Shown: positions 10,015 through 19,566 of the stretch, piece after piece
Layout: each line of letters starts with the position of its first letter
How positions within the stretch are numbered: position 1 is the stretch's first letter
From: Chloropicon primus
Lineage: Eukaryota
NCBI GenBank assembly: GCA_023205875.1
Contig: CP060755.1
Location: 1,116,001 to 1,180,000 of the forward strand
Length of the DNA: 64,000 nucleotides
Direction of reading: 5' to 3'
The notes under the pieces: model-generated
Seen by the model: only the letters and a program-made list of their open reading frames with translations
What the model was told of the DNA's origin: nothing
Database searches by the model: none
Program-made: the position numbers and the translations under genes

Positions 10015-11229
10015 TCAGCGCTTCCCAAGCTTTTTCTCTATGCTTGCTTTGTGCAGCGTCTTCATCAAGTCGTGCTCCACCACTCCGATCCTCACGCTCA
10101 GCTCGGTCAGCTCGGACTGGACGGTCTGGATGGCGTTCTTTATCTTGATGAGAGGGGAGGTGTCCGAGATGTTGTTCTCCCTCTCCTCCTTGGTCTGCTT
10201 CACGCCTTCGAGCTCCTCGGATATCCTCGACAGCTCGTTCGCGAGCTCTGCCACGGTCTCCGTGGACTTGTGGTACTGGTTCTGCATCTGAGAGAGCTGT
10301 TCTCGGAAGCCCCGGTACTCCCTCACCTGCAGGTCAAAGTGCGAGTTCACGTAGTCCTCTCTGGTCTCGAGCCTCTCCAAGGTGGTCGAGATGTCTTGCT
10401 GAATCCTCTCCAGGTTGTTCTTGCTCTCAGGCAGGACTTTCTTTATGGTGTCCAGGCTGTGCTTGGCCCTGTCCAGGTGAGACCTCCAGTCCTTCGAGTC
10501 CGCTATCACCATGGTCCTCAGCTGGGGAGCAACCCGCTCCAGCTCGAGCTTCCACTCCTCAGGGTTGATTGTGGACTCTATCATCGCGTTGTCGTCGATC
10601 ATCTCCTCCTCCCTGGCGGCGGCCTTGCCGACCAAGTACTCGTCCTCGTCGTCCTGGCCGTAGCCCGCGATGTTCTCGTCCTGGATGTCTCCTATGAGGT
10701 CGCCCCCGTCGTCGTCCTGGGCCTCCTCGCTGTACTTGTCCGCGGCGTAGACGGGCTTCTGGAAGGCGAAGCCCTTGGCGCCGAGAGCCTGCTCGACCAA
10801 CGACTGGAGCACGCGGCAGACGGCGTCCCCGTGCCCCTGCTTCAGCTTGGTGGGAGGGAAGTTCACGGCGTTGGAGAGGCCGAGGCCTTTCATCTCGACG
10901 ACCAGGTTCGTGCAAACCGTGTTGGGATCGTCGCTCTGGGTGGGAGGGTTGAAGTTCCTGCCGCAAAGCTCGAGCAGCCAGGCCACCAGGTTCGCAAAGT
11001 AGTGGAACTGCTCCGTAGGGTTGGTCGTCTGGGCCTCCGCGAAGTAAAGGTGGTGCAGCGGCTTCCAGTGCGGTCGCTTCCTCTGGCAGAAGCTCCTCTC
11101 GTAATTCAAAAGCTTCAGCTTCTCGCACACGTTTTCCATCACCAGGTCGGGCGGAACCTCCAGGTTCGCATCAGCAGCACCCACGCTCGCCCTCCTCTCC
11201 TTGGCCTTGTCCTTCCCCTTCGCACTCAT
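10015..11229 (-). CDS. IFT57: Intraflagellar transport protein 57 (IFT-B)
   Basis: EKLKLLNYE, NPTEQFHYF, DDPNTV, PPTKLKQGHG, WKLELERVAPQL, KDWRSHL, DTSPLIKIK, RIGVVEH motifs. Confidence 0.93.
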   Translation of the reverse strand: MSAKGKDKAKERRASVGAADANLEVPPDLVMENVCEKLKLLNYERSFCQRKRPHWKPLHHLYFAEAQTTNPTEQFHYFANLVAWLLELCGRNFNPPTQSDDPNTVCTNLVVEMKGLGLSNAVNFPPTKLKQGHGDAVCRVLQSLVEQALGAKGFAFQKPVYAADKYSEEAQDDDGGDLIGDIQDENIAGYGQDDEDEYLVGKAAAREEEMIDDNAMIESTINPEEWKLELERVAPQLRTMVIADSKDWRSHLDRAKHSLDTIKKVLPESKNNLERIQQDISTTLERLETREDYVNSHFDLQVREYRGFREQLSQMQNQYHKSTETVAELANELSRISEELEGVKQTKEERENNISDTSPLIKIKNAIQTVQSELTELSVRIGVVEHDLMKTLHKASIEKKLGKR

Positions 11230-11748
11230 CTTGCCCTCCGACGCAACCAGGGGGCGACTCAATTCAAGAGGCAGAGATGCACACGGCCTCAGAGCAAGGC
11301 GTACCACCGCAAAGTGTACACCTCAGTTCTCTCCGCTCCTGGTTGCTCTCTTTCTCTCTGCGCGAGACGAAGACGGAGAGGGTCCCCCCGCTGTTCTCTC
11401 AAGCTTTTGAATTCATCGTCGTACATATATAGTTTTTGAGAGACGTTACTTTTACTTGCGTCTCAGAGGAACTAACGCCTTTCAAAACATGCCTCTCCCA
11501 AGGTCTGCAACAACACCAGAGGAAGACAGCGACAGCGTCGTCGTCCTCGAGACTTTGGAGGTGAAGGTGGAGGTTGGTGCGGTGGGAGGGAGGGGCCCGG
11601 AGGAGGATAGCACGCCCCGAGATCTTTTATTTGGTCCGCGAATTATCGAAATTTTTCTTTTGGCTGCAGGGATCCACGAACGCGGGAACGATTTGATCCT
11701 TCCTTCCTCCCCGAATCCTCTCTCTCTTCGGTGGCGTCTGTCTGGTGG

Positions 11749-12639
11749 ATGGAGAGCGTGTGGGACGTGCACGGGGAGGACGCCTCCCCCTCCTCCGGAG
11801 CGGACGATGGCCAGGGGGCGCATCGTCCGCGCCCGAGGACTGCTGGGGAGTACGGCCCGCTACCGAGCACGAGCCGAGGGGAGGGGGGGGCAGGGTCGGA
11901 CTTGGACCTCCTGGCGAGCGAGGTCCCGAGCGATACGCTGGCTACGGTCATGCTGCTGAGGAACAGGTTTCCCGCGTCCCTGCCGATGTGCCCACTCGTC
12001 GTGGCGTCGCACATCTACAGCATCGTGAGCGACAGAACGTCGGTGGACAGGCAGCTCGAGGAGCTCAACAGGAACAAGAAGATCCAAATCATCAGGCTGG
12101 CTTCCGACCGGGTGGACTACGGCATCGTGCTTTGGGCCGACTACACCTCGCTGGTGAACTCCTGCAAGGAGGGAAAGGGAAAGGAGTGGCAAGACCTCCT
12201 GGACTGGTTCGTGAACCGCCTCGTTCAGCGGGTGACCCACTGCTACGTGGACGACTGCGAGCTCGAGAAGGAGCTTCGCAGCTTCCTCAGGGCGCGGGGC
12301 GGGGACGTCGGTCTGCACGGCGATTGGGTCAAGCGCCTCGTCCAGAGCGGCCTGATCACCAGGAGGATGTCGGTCCACGGGGGCTACTGGTTCTCCGTTC
12401 CGAACTTGGGGATCTTCGTGAAGAGCCTGAGGGCGGGGAGGAAGCGGCTCGCCGGGATTCTCAAGCGGAGGAAGAGGTGCGAGATCCTTCAGTGGGACCT
12501 CGAAAAGATGAAGCTCCCCAAGACGACGCTTGGCATGCAGTACCAGCTGAGAGACGCCATCGGGTCCGGGCTCTTCGAACAGATCGAAACGACTTGTGGA
12601 CCCCTGCTGCGCTTGGCCAACAAGACCGAGAAGTTGTGA
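11749..12639 (+). CDS. STK19: STK19 family winged-helix protein
   Basis: PLVVASHIYSIVSDRTSVDRQLEEL, YWFSVPNLGIFVK, LGMQYQLRDAIGSG, TTCGPLLRL motifs. Confidence 0.85.
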   Translation: MESVWDVHGEDASPSSGADDGQGAHRPRPRTAGEYGPLPSTSRGEGGAGSDLDLLASEVPSDTLATVMLLRNRFPASLPMCPLVVASHIYSIVSDRTSVDRQLEELNRNKKIQIIRLASDRVDYGIVLWADYTSLVNSCKEGKGKEWQDLLDWFVNRLVQRVTHCYVDDCELEKELRSFLRARGGDVGLHGDWVKRLVQSGLITRRMSVHGGYWFSVPNLGIFVKSLRAGRKRLAGILKRRKRCEILQWDLEKMKLPKTTLGMQYQLRDAIGSGLFEQIETTCGPLLRLANKTEKL

Positions 12640-12735
12640 CGGCGGCGGTGCGGCCTTCGGGGCGATCCCGAAACGCTTTATAAAAACTACTTTTGACTGG
12701 TTGTTATCCGTGCCTCGATCTTTACTCCCCATTAA

Positions 12736-13230
12736 TTAAGCCACCATGATTTCTCCATAGTTGCGCATGAAGAAAACGGAGCCGACGAAGAGGGCCACGC
12801 TTCTCAAGAGTTGCTGTGCGTTGCGGCGCGATCATCGGACGAACAGTTCCAGGGGCGAGATCGTCAGCTTCGGTCCCGAGCACACTCTTCGACAAAAAAA
12901 AACACTTACCATGTTCCTCTGGCGCTTCTCCGAGTTCGCCTGAAACTCCGTTCTGCACGGCGTTCGGAAGACAAAGAGGGGTGAGGCACACCGGAAGGTC
13001 AGCGTCTGCCCGCGGCACCCAACGCAACGCGCGTGGCGCCCAGCACCTCGCGCAAGCAGCAGTTCGGTTTGGTGGCGGCCGAGCCCCACCCCCACCACCT
13101 TTGGCACGGGTTTCCTCCCCCACTCCTTTCGCGCGAGACTTGGCGAGAGCGAGAGACCGTGGCAGTCCTCCGACCCTATCCCTCCCACTCACCTCAAGAA
13201 CTCCTTCGCTTTCCCTGCAATACCGGCCAT
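12736..13230 (-). CDS. TOM5: Mitochondrial import receptor subunit TOM5 (plant type), 52 aa; exons 13230-13193, 12952-12910, 12813-12736
   Basis: Spliced product MAGIAGKAKEFLRTEFQANSEKRQRNMQLLRSVALFVGSVFFMRNYGEIMVA via GTGAGT/GTAAGT donors and CAG acceptors; resembles the plant TOM5 C-term (NMKLLRA..MFAG....MRSYGDLM). Confidence 0.8.
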
Positions 13231-13356
13231 CCCTCTCGTTGTCCTTTCGCTGTGTTGCTCTCGCCCCCGCTCGCCCCGATCAATTGATCAGCTGCTTGGC
13301 TGGCGATCAGCGAGGAAGCGCGGCTGAAGCTTCTTCTTCCTTCTGGGGGTGGTTTG

Positions 13357-14589
13357 ATGGGAGGGGCGTCGAGCACGGATGCCACGAAGGTGCTTCTGGT
13401 GCCTCCGCTCTTCGAGAGGAAGCACCTGGACGTGGAGAGGTTCACGAGGTCACCCTTCAGCGCGGGGTCCGATGTCTTCCACCAGCGGCAGTTGGGACGC
13501 CTCTTCGAGGACTACTTGCACAGTGGGCTCCAAGCGAACCTCAGGCTGAGCTCCAAGCAGAACCCAGAGTCGACCCTGATGGTGAAGCTTCGAAGCGCAC
13601 AGCTCCCCGATGCCTTGGCGGGTCTTCACGGGGAGGGGGTATTCCGGTACCAGCCCCAGCCCCGGAAGATGCCGTACACCTTTGCCCAGGTTGCGACGCA
13701 GGGCCAATCTGCGACTGTGAGTGGTTGCTGGAAAGTGCCGGGTCACAATATCTTTCTGGCCGGCTCACAGCCCTTGGCCAGAGCCTCTATGTCGGAGCGG
13801 GAGACGAGCTTCGGTGCTACTGTGGCCTCCGAGAGGGTTCTGGGCGGGCTGATCACGAGGCCTCTGCACGGGTCCCAGCCCACGGTCGCCTTCTTGGCGG
13901 TGGGGCACCGGACTTTGAAGGCCGCGGTGCAGTGTCAGGGGGACCTGCGTGGCAAGAAAGCACTCGAGCCCAGCTTTTCGTACGGCATTACGTACAAGTC
14001 CAACGCGGTGGGCGGGGGCGGCAACTTCATCTCCACGAGTGCCCAAGTTCACAACCAGGAGCTGCTGGAGTTGTCGTTTTTCCAGAGGATGGTGGTGAAG
14101 CGGCGCGTCAAGAACCCTTTCGAGAAGGAGAACGTCGCGGGGATTACGAACGTGGTCGATTGCGGCGTCAGTGTGGCCACGCCCCTCGGCGATTCGACGC
14201 TGGAGCAGTCCATGAAGATGGCCATCCAGTGGCAAATCAACAAGAACGTTGTTCTCAAGAGCTCTGCCTCCTTGGATGCCGCCGCCTGCTCCCTCGCGTT
14301 CAAGAGCTGGTGGGACCCAGCCTTCACGGTGGCTCTCGGCGGTCGGTTCGATCACACGACAAAGTCTGGTGGCTTTGGTCTCTCCGTCTCCCTGGAGAAT
14401 GTCGGAAGCGTGGAATTCACCCGAGCGGACCGAGACAAGGGGTTCGAGGTTCAGACGCAAGAGTCGACGGCTTCTCAGCCAGAGCTCCGCACGTCCGAGG
14501 GAGACCGGCCCTTGTACGGCACCGAGGACGGCGCCGAGAACCACTGGCGGGGCGGTTCCCAAGTCGAGATGCTGGAGGACTTGTTGTGA
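13357..14589 (+). CDS. OM47-like beta-barrel outer-membrane protein
   Basis: LLVPPLF, LFEDY, VVKRRVKNPFEKENVAGITN, WQINKN, LAFKSWW motifs recalled from the plant mitochondrial OM47 family; alternating beta-strand pattern. Confidence 0.7.
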   Translation: MGGASSTDATKVLLVPPLFERKHLDVERFTRSPFSAGSDVFHQRQLGRLFEDYLHSGLQANLRLSSKQNPESTLMVKLRSAQLPDALAGLHGEGVFRYQPQPRKMPYTFAQVATQGQSATVSGCWKVPGHNIFLAGSQPLARASMSERETSFGATVASERVLGGLITRPLHGSQPTVAFLAVGHRTLKAAVQCQGDLRGKKALEPSFSYGITYKSNAVGGGGNFISTSAQVHNQELLELSFFQRMVVKRRVKNPFEKENVAGITNVVDCGVSVATPLGDSTLEQSMKMAIQWQINKNVVLKSSASLDAAACSLAFKSWWDPAFTVALGGRFDHTTKSGGFGLSVSLENVGSVEFTRADRDKGFEVQTQESTASQPELRTSEGDRPLYGTEDGAENHWRGGSQVEMLEDLL

Positions 14590-14645
14590 AGCCTGCTTCG
14601 TCGACCAAAAGAATAGAAATGATGTACACTACACGTGTTTTTGTT

Positions 14646-15974
14646 TTAACTGCACTCTACTTCGACCCCGCTGCCCGCGTCTCTCAGACCTCGCAAGTCG
14701 TCCAGATCGTTGGCCCTGTCCACTAGTTCCCCGTTCTTATACAAGAGGTAGTGAGGGACCCTCCTGATCCCCGCGTCCCTTGTCCACTGCAAGGTAGACC
14801 GGTTTGAGTCCACGTCGAGCTTGACGAACCTCACGCCCTCAAAATCCTCCCTCCTTCTCGCGATCTTGCCCTCCTCCCTCCTGCACTTGGCGCACCCCTT
14901 GCCGCTGACAAAGACGACGGAGTCTCCCCCGCGGCTCAGAAAGCTCTCGAGCTCCATGGCGCTCATGACCACCTGGAGGTCGTCCTCCTCCTTCCGCTCG
15001 AGCTCCCTCCCGAGAAGGATCGCGTTCGCCCCTATCGCCGCCCCCCGGATCATCGCCCCCTCCGGCCGGGACCCCACGAGCACCTCCACCCGCTGGGGCA
15101 GCTCCTCCCTCATGTGCCTCAAAAATGCTGCCTTGGGCATGGTGGCGTTCACCACGCTGCCCGTTGGCATGATGATGACCTGGCCCGGGTCGCCGGCGTG
15201 CTGCGAAATCTTGCCCACCATCTTCCCAAGCGACTCGGTCCAACTCACCCACCCCTCGCCCGGCTCGCTGCCGTTCTCCGGAGGCGGGGGCGAGATTTCG
15301 GAGAAGGAGAACCTCTTCTGCAGCTCCGTGAGCTCGAGCTCCCACTGCCAGGTGAGGTGGGACACGTCGAAGCCCCTGACCTTCTGCCCGTCCTCGTAAA
15401 CCACGGCGCCGAGGTTCTTCCCCACCGTGAGAATGAGGACCTTCCCGCTTTTGCTGCTCGCGCCCGCACCGCACAGCATCTCCGCGTACGCGGCCGCCTC
15501 CGTGTGGATCATCACCGCGACGTTGTCCTCGAGGCAGGGCAGGGCCCCGCTCAGGACGCGCTCCACCTCGTGGGAGCCCAGGAGGCGCGCCACGGCCCTC
15601 GTGATGGAAACTCCAGCCGGCCCGTTCCAACCGAAGGCGCGCACCACGCCCTTCACGGCGAGGAGGACGTCGTCCATGCCGGCATCCCCCTCGATGCTCC
15701 GCCGCACCCCGGGTCGCACGAACTCCCCCGTCGTCGAGGACACCAATGCCGCCTTCACCGAGGACTCCCTCACCTCTATCCCGAGCACGACTTGGACATG
15801 GTAGTCGCTGTCGCTGAGCTTCGCCCCGTTCCTCCTCCTCCCGCTGAGCCGTCTCGAGCTCCTCGCCTCCCTCCCGGCAAAGGGAACGCTTGCCCGCGCG
15901 CTGTGGTAGCTGCAGCCCACCGCCGCGTGCCGACACCTCGCCCTCATGAGGCCCCGCATCCTTTCCGTCGCCAT
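14646..15974 (-). CDS. ROK/polyphosphate-glucokinase-like domain fused to a C-terminal thioredoxin-like domain; likely organellar transit peptide
   Basis: VLGIEVRESSVKAALV, GPAGVS, HTEAAAYAEM, LILTVGKNLG (ROK-like); C-term CAKC and GIRRVPHYLLYKNGE (Trx fold); R/S/A-rich N-term. Confidence 0.75.
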   Translation of the reverse strand: MATERMRGLMRARCRHAAVGCSYHSARASVPFAGREARSSRRLSGRRRNGAKLSDSDYHVQVVLGIEVRESSVKAALVSSTTGEFVRPGVRRSIEGDAGMDDVLLAVKGVVRAFGWNGPAGVSITRAVARLLGSHEVERVLSGALPCLEDNVAVMIHTEAAAYAEMLCGAGASSKSGKVLILTVGKNLGAVVYEDGQKVRGFDVSHLTWQWELELTELQKRFSFSEISPPPPENGSEPGEGWVSWTESLGKMVGKISQHAGDPGQVIIMPTGSVVNATMPKAAFLRHMREELPQRVEVLVGSRPEGAMIRGAAIGANAILLGRELERKEEDDLQVVMSAMELESFLSRGGDSVVFVSGKGCAKCRREEGKIARRREDFEGVRFVKLDVDSNRSTLQWTRDAGIRRVPHYLLYKNGELVDRANDLDDLRGLRDAGSGVEVECS

Positions 15975-16397
15975 GGACCTCCTAAGCACCAGCAGCGCCT
16001 TTGACAGGACCAGGCCCGATATTTCAATGGACGTAGATCTGCCTCAATTGAAAATTGTTGGCCTGGATTGATCTGGCAGTCTTTTCCCTTGGAGATGGCG
16101 AAAGGGTGGGGACCTGCTTGCCTTCATTGAGGAGGGCCGAGGACTGGCGTGGTGGAAGCTGCGGCATTTTCGGGAGGGAAGTTGGCACCCGCTGTTGCTG
16201 TCGAGGCCGCACGACTCGTGGCGGTTGGAATTTCGCGGCGAGGTACTCTCTCGCTGCCCTGCTCTGTGGACTGCAGAGGCACGCAAAAAAATGAATAAAT
16301 TATCTGGATGAATGGGTGGCCTCCTCGTCCCCCTGCCTTCCAAAACCCCAAGACGATCTGCACTGCACTGTTGATTTCCTCTCCCGAGCCGCCCGCC

Positions 16398-17669
16398 TCA
16401 GCGGAAGGGGAGCCACCGCGTTCGGATTCTCCCCCGGCCGCGGAGAAGGATGCCCCGGCCGTGAAACTCGAGCGTCGCGAAGGCGGTGCTCCCGACGGGG
16501 GTTTCGATCACGCCCTCGACGGTGACGTGGTGCAGGATGCGGGCCCCGCCCCTCCCCGCGGCCGCCCTCAGCTTGGCGTCGTACGCCCTCTCGCTGTGGA
16601 AACCGCCCGCGTGGTCGTGCCCCGCGAAGAAGGCCTTCACGCACCGGCTCCGGCGGAGCAGGTCGAGCAGCACGTCGTAGTCCCAGGCCAGGCACATGGG
16701 CCCGCAGCCCCAGCTGACCGCGGAGGGAGAGATCGGAATGTGGGAGAACACCACGACGTTCTCGCCCAGGCCCTCGCTCTCTCGGATCTCCCGCTCGAGC
16801 CACCGCATCTGGTCCCCGCCGAGCTCCCCCCCCAGGGCGTTGAAGCGCCTCCGCAGGCCCTTGAGGCCCCCCGGCCCCTTCAAGTTCCCCTCGAGGTCTC
16901 CCCTCTCCCTCGCCAACGTGCTCAGCGCCTCCCCGCGCCTCTCGTCGGTGTAGACCGAGACGGCGTACGCATCCAGGACCAAAAACTTCGTGCCCTGGTG
17001 GGGACGAAGGGCGTAGTGGGCCGCGCCCTCGCCCCAGCCCCCCATCCCCAGAGCGCCCAGGAGCTCCGAACGGGACGGGATGGCCTCGACGTCGTGGTTG
17101 CCGAGGACAAAGTTGGGCTGGAGGCCCTCAAACCCGCGGACGACCCGCTCCAGCGCGACGCCGGGCTCGTTCCCGCCCGAGACCTCCAGCGTCGACCTGT
17201 CGATGCTGTCCCCGAGCACCATCACCGTCGTCGCGTTCGCCTCCCGCCACGCCTCCCTCGCCTCCCGGAGGACCGCGAGGGAGTTCCTGTAGTACCGGCG
17301 AGCCCCCCCATAACGCATGGTCCTGTCCGGGATGTCCGAGTACTGCAAGTCGGTGATCAGGCCCACTGAGAACAGGGCGTCCTCCCCCTCCAGCCACCGG
17401 GGGATCGCAACCCCCCCGGCGTCTCGCCACCCCACCCCCCGCCCCGACCGAGAGACGAGGAACAAGCACGCGACGGTGGAGACCAGGAAAGCGACTGTGA
17501 AAAACCAAAAAACCAAGCCTTTGCTTCTCCACCAAGTCCTCCCTCCGCCCTGGACTCCGCGCGCCCCCCGGTGGCTCGGACCCCGTCCTTTGCTTCCCAT
17601 CCGAGTAATGGCGGTCGCGCTCCCTCCATGACCCTTCCGTCTAACCCCCCCTCGACCGTACTCTCGCAT
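16398..17669 (-). CDS. ADPRM: Mn-dependent ADP-ribose/CDP-alcohol diphosphatase-like metallophosphoesterase with N-terminal membrane anchor
   Basis: TDLQYSD, RYYRNSL, LGDSID, GNHD, FSHIP, AGHDHAGG, GVIET motifs; hydrophobic segment LVFWFFTVAFLVSTVACLFLV. Confidence 0.85.
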   Translation of the reverse strand: MREYGRGGVRRKGHGGSATAITRMGSKGRGPSHRGARGVQGGGRTWWRSKGLVFWFFTVAFLVSTVACLFLVSRSGRGVGWRDAGGVAIPRWLEGEDALFSVGLITDLQYSDIPDRTMRYGGARRYYRNSLAVLREAREAWREANATTVMVLGDSIDRSTLEVSGGNEPGVALERVVRGFEGLQPNFVLGNHDVEAIPSRSELLGALGMGGWGEGAAHYALRPHQGTKFLVLDAYAVSVYTDERRGEALSTLARERGDLEGNLKGPGGLKGLRRRFNALGGELGGDQMRWLEREIRESEGLGENVVVFSHIPISPSAVSWGCGPMCLAWDYDVLLDLLRRSRCVKAFFAGHDHAGGFHSERAYDAKLRAAAGRGGARILHHVTVEGVIETPVGSTAFATLEFHGRGILLRGRGRIRTRWLPFR

Positions 17670-17744
17670 CCATTCCCTAGCAGCAGCTCAAAACTCTCTC
17701 TCTCTCTCTCTGTCTGGAGCTTCAGCTTCGCAATCAATCGAAGA

Positions 17745-19379
17745 ATGGCGGGAGGGAAGGGCTGGAGGCCGCAGAGGTCTCCCACGGGAGTGGCGCGGGC
17801 GGTGAAGAAGAAGGGAGGGTCGACGTCCTCGACGACGACGACCTCGTCAGCATCTTCTTCTTCTTCTTCTTGGGTGCTGGGCACGTTGAAGGAGTGGCTG
17901 GGGTTTGGGGCAGCGCCAACGACGCCGAAGACGTCTTCGTCGGCGTTGGGAGGGGGGGCGTCCGCGTCCCCGAGGATGCTGGCGGACACCCCGGTGAGGT
18001 ACGACGCGAGCGCGATCGACTACCGGAAAAAGGGCGAGGGCGGGGGCACGAGGGAGCACACGCCGGTGGCGTACGAGGGCCAGCGCTCGCCGCATGTCAT
18101 GGAAGGGGACGGGAGGATATCCACTCCGGAGCAGCTGGACTCGTACCTCAAGCAGCTCCGGACGAGCCTCGACTCGGGCCTGAGGTCCGCGGCGACCCAG
18201 GGGAGCAGCCCCTACGCGCATTACGCGTCCCCCTCGGACGGGCCCTTCGGCCTGTCTCTGGGGTCGAGCGCCACCCCCACCCTTCCCCAGTACAAGGCCT
18301 CGCCCCCCCCCGTCTCAGTCGTGAAGTCTCCGGGGGAGAAGTCCCTGGCCTCCTCTTGGGAGGCCGTGGGGGACTTCTTGGAGAGGTCGGGCATGAGCGT
18401 CAACCTCCTGGAGCTCACGGAGGACAACCTGAGGCAGTGGTTCGCCTCCACGGTGCTCCACACCCTCGTGGACAGGATCCACAACGCCCACAGGGTCGTG
18501 GAGAGGGCGGCCGCGGCACCGGGGGCCGCCTGCCCGGCCAACGTCCCTCCGCCTCCGGTCAAGGTGCTCCCCCTCACGATGTGCCCCTCCGTTGGGTTGG
18601 AGGAGGCCACGGGGGGGCGGGGAAAGGACCAGTACCTGGACAAGTACCAGCTGGAGAAGTGGCTCGAGGTTCTGAGCTCCGCGCCGGCCCCGCAGCCGAC
18701 ACCGCCGACAACGATGTCCCTCTTCTCCTCCCCTGCCACCCAGCAGCCCCAGTACGACCAGGCCAAGCGGAAGGACCTCGTGCAGGCGATAAGGGACTGG
18801 CTCGGGCTCCTTCTGCTTCTCGAGGGCAAGTGCCCGGGCGCCAAGGAGCTCCTGCCGCCCTTCCCGAAGGCGTACCTGAATTCGAGGATCCACGAGATCG
18901 CGGCTGGGAGCTGCGTGAACGGCTTCAGGTGGAACAGCGGAAAGTCCCACCTCCCCGCCAAGAAGTGGAACAAGAATGACTTTCCCACGGACTCCTCCAT
19001 CCTCTGCTACCTGTTCTGCGTGTTCCTGCGGCACCCGGGGTGGAGGTTTGAGGGCGACTTCAAGCTCTCCACCCCCCGGACGAGCTTCTTCATCGGCGCG
19101 CTCCCGCACAAGCCCGGGGAGCACTTCAGGGCGATCCTGCCCCAGATGTCCGCCCCGAAGAGCGAGGGGCACGTCATCCTCTTCCAGTCGAGGTTTGGGG
19201 ACCCCCTCTACACGCTCTCCACGGGCCGGGCGGAGGAGGTGCGGTTCTCGGGCCACTCTGGCGTGTTCCGGGGCCTAGCGCTCTTCCTCATGCTGATCAG
19301 GATGCTGGACCACGACTGGATCGGCCAGAACAGGCTGCAGAACTTGGGCCTCGCCAAGGTCGTGTGCACGGAAAGGTGA
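17745..19379 (+). CDS. TMEM209-like nuclear-envelope protein
   Basis: EQLDSYL, NLRQWFASTVL, YLNSRIHEIAAGSCVNGFRWNSG, PTDSSILCYLFCVFL motifs of the TMEM209 (CytochromB561_N) family. Confidence 0.7.
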   Translation: MAGGKGWRPQRSPTGVARAVKKKGGSTSSTTTTSSASSSSSSWVLGTLKEWLGFGAAPTTPKTSSSALGGGASASPRMLADTPVRYDASAIDYRKKGEGGGTREHTPVAYEGQRSPHVMEGDGRISTPEQLDSYLKQLRTSLDSGLRSAATQGSSPYAHYASPSDGPFGLSLGSSATPTLPQYKASPPPVSVVKSPGEKSLASSWEAVGDFLERSGMSVNLLELTEDNLRQWFASTVLHTLVDRIHNAHRVVERAAAAPGAACPANVPPPPVKVLPLTMCPSVGLEEATGGRGKDQYLDKYQLEKWLEVLSSAPAPQPTPPTTMSLFSSPATQQPQYDQAKRKDLVQAIRDWLGLLLLLEGKCPGAKELLPPFPKAYLNSRIHEIAAGSCVNGFRWNSGKSHLPAKKWNKNDFPTDSSILCYLFCVFLRHPGWRFEGDFKLSTPRTSFFIGALPHKPGEHFRAILPQMSAPKSEGHVILFQSRFGDPLYTLSTGRAEEVRFSGHSGVFRGLALFLMLIRMLDHDWIGQNRLQNLGLAKVVCTER

Positions 19380-19566
19380 AGAAGTTTTGTTTTGCTTTAA
19401 AACCCACGACGGAAAAACTGATATTAAAAATTGCGGCCTTCCTTAAGAATTACTATATGCTACAACGAGAGGGAAGCCCGCAAGACGCGTCCCTATTGCC
19501 ACTTTTATGTGCCGGTGGCGAAAAAATTCCAACGAGACACTGAGCTACCAGAGCGCGGCGGGGACT

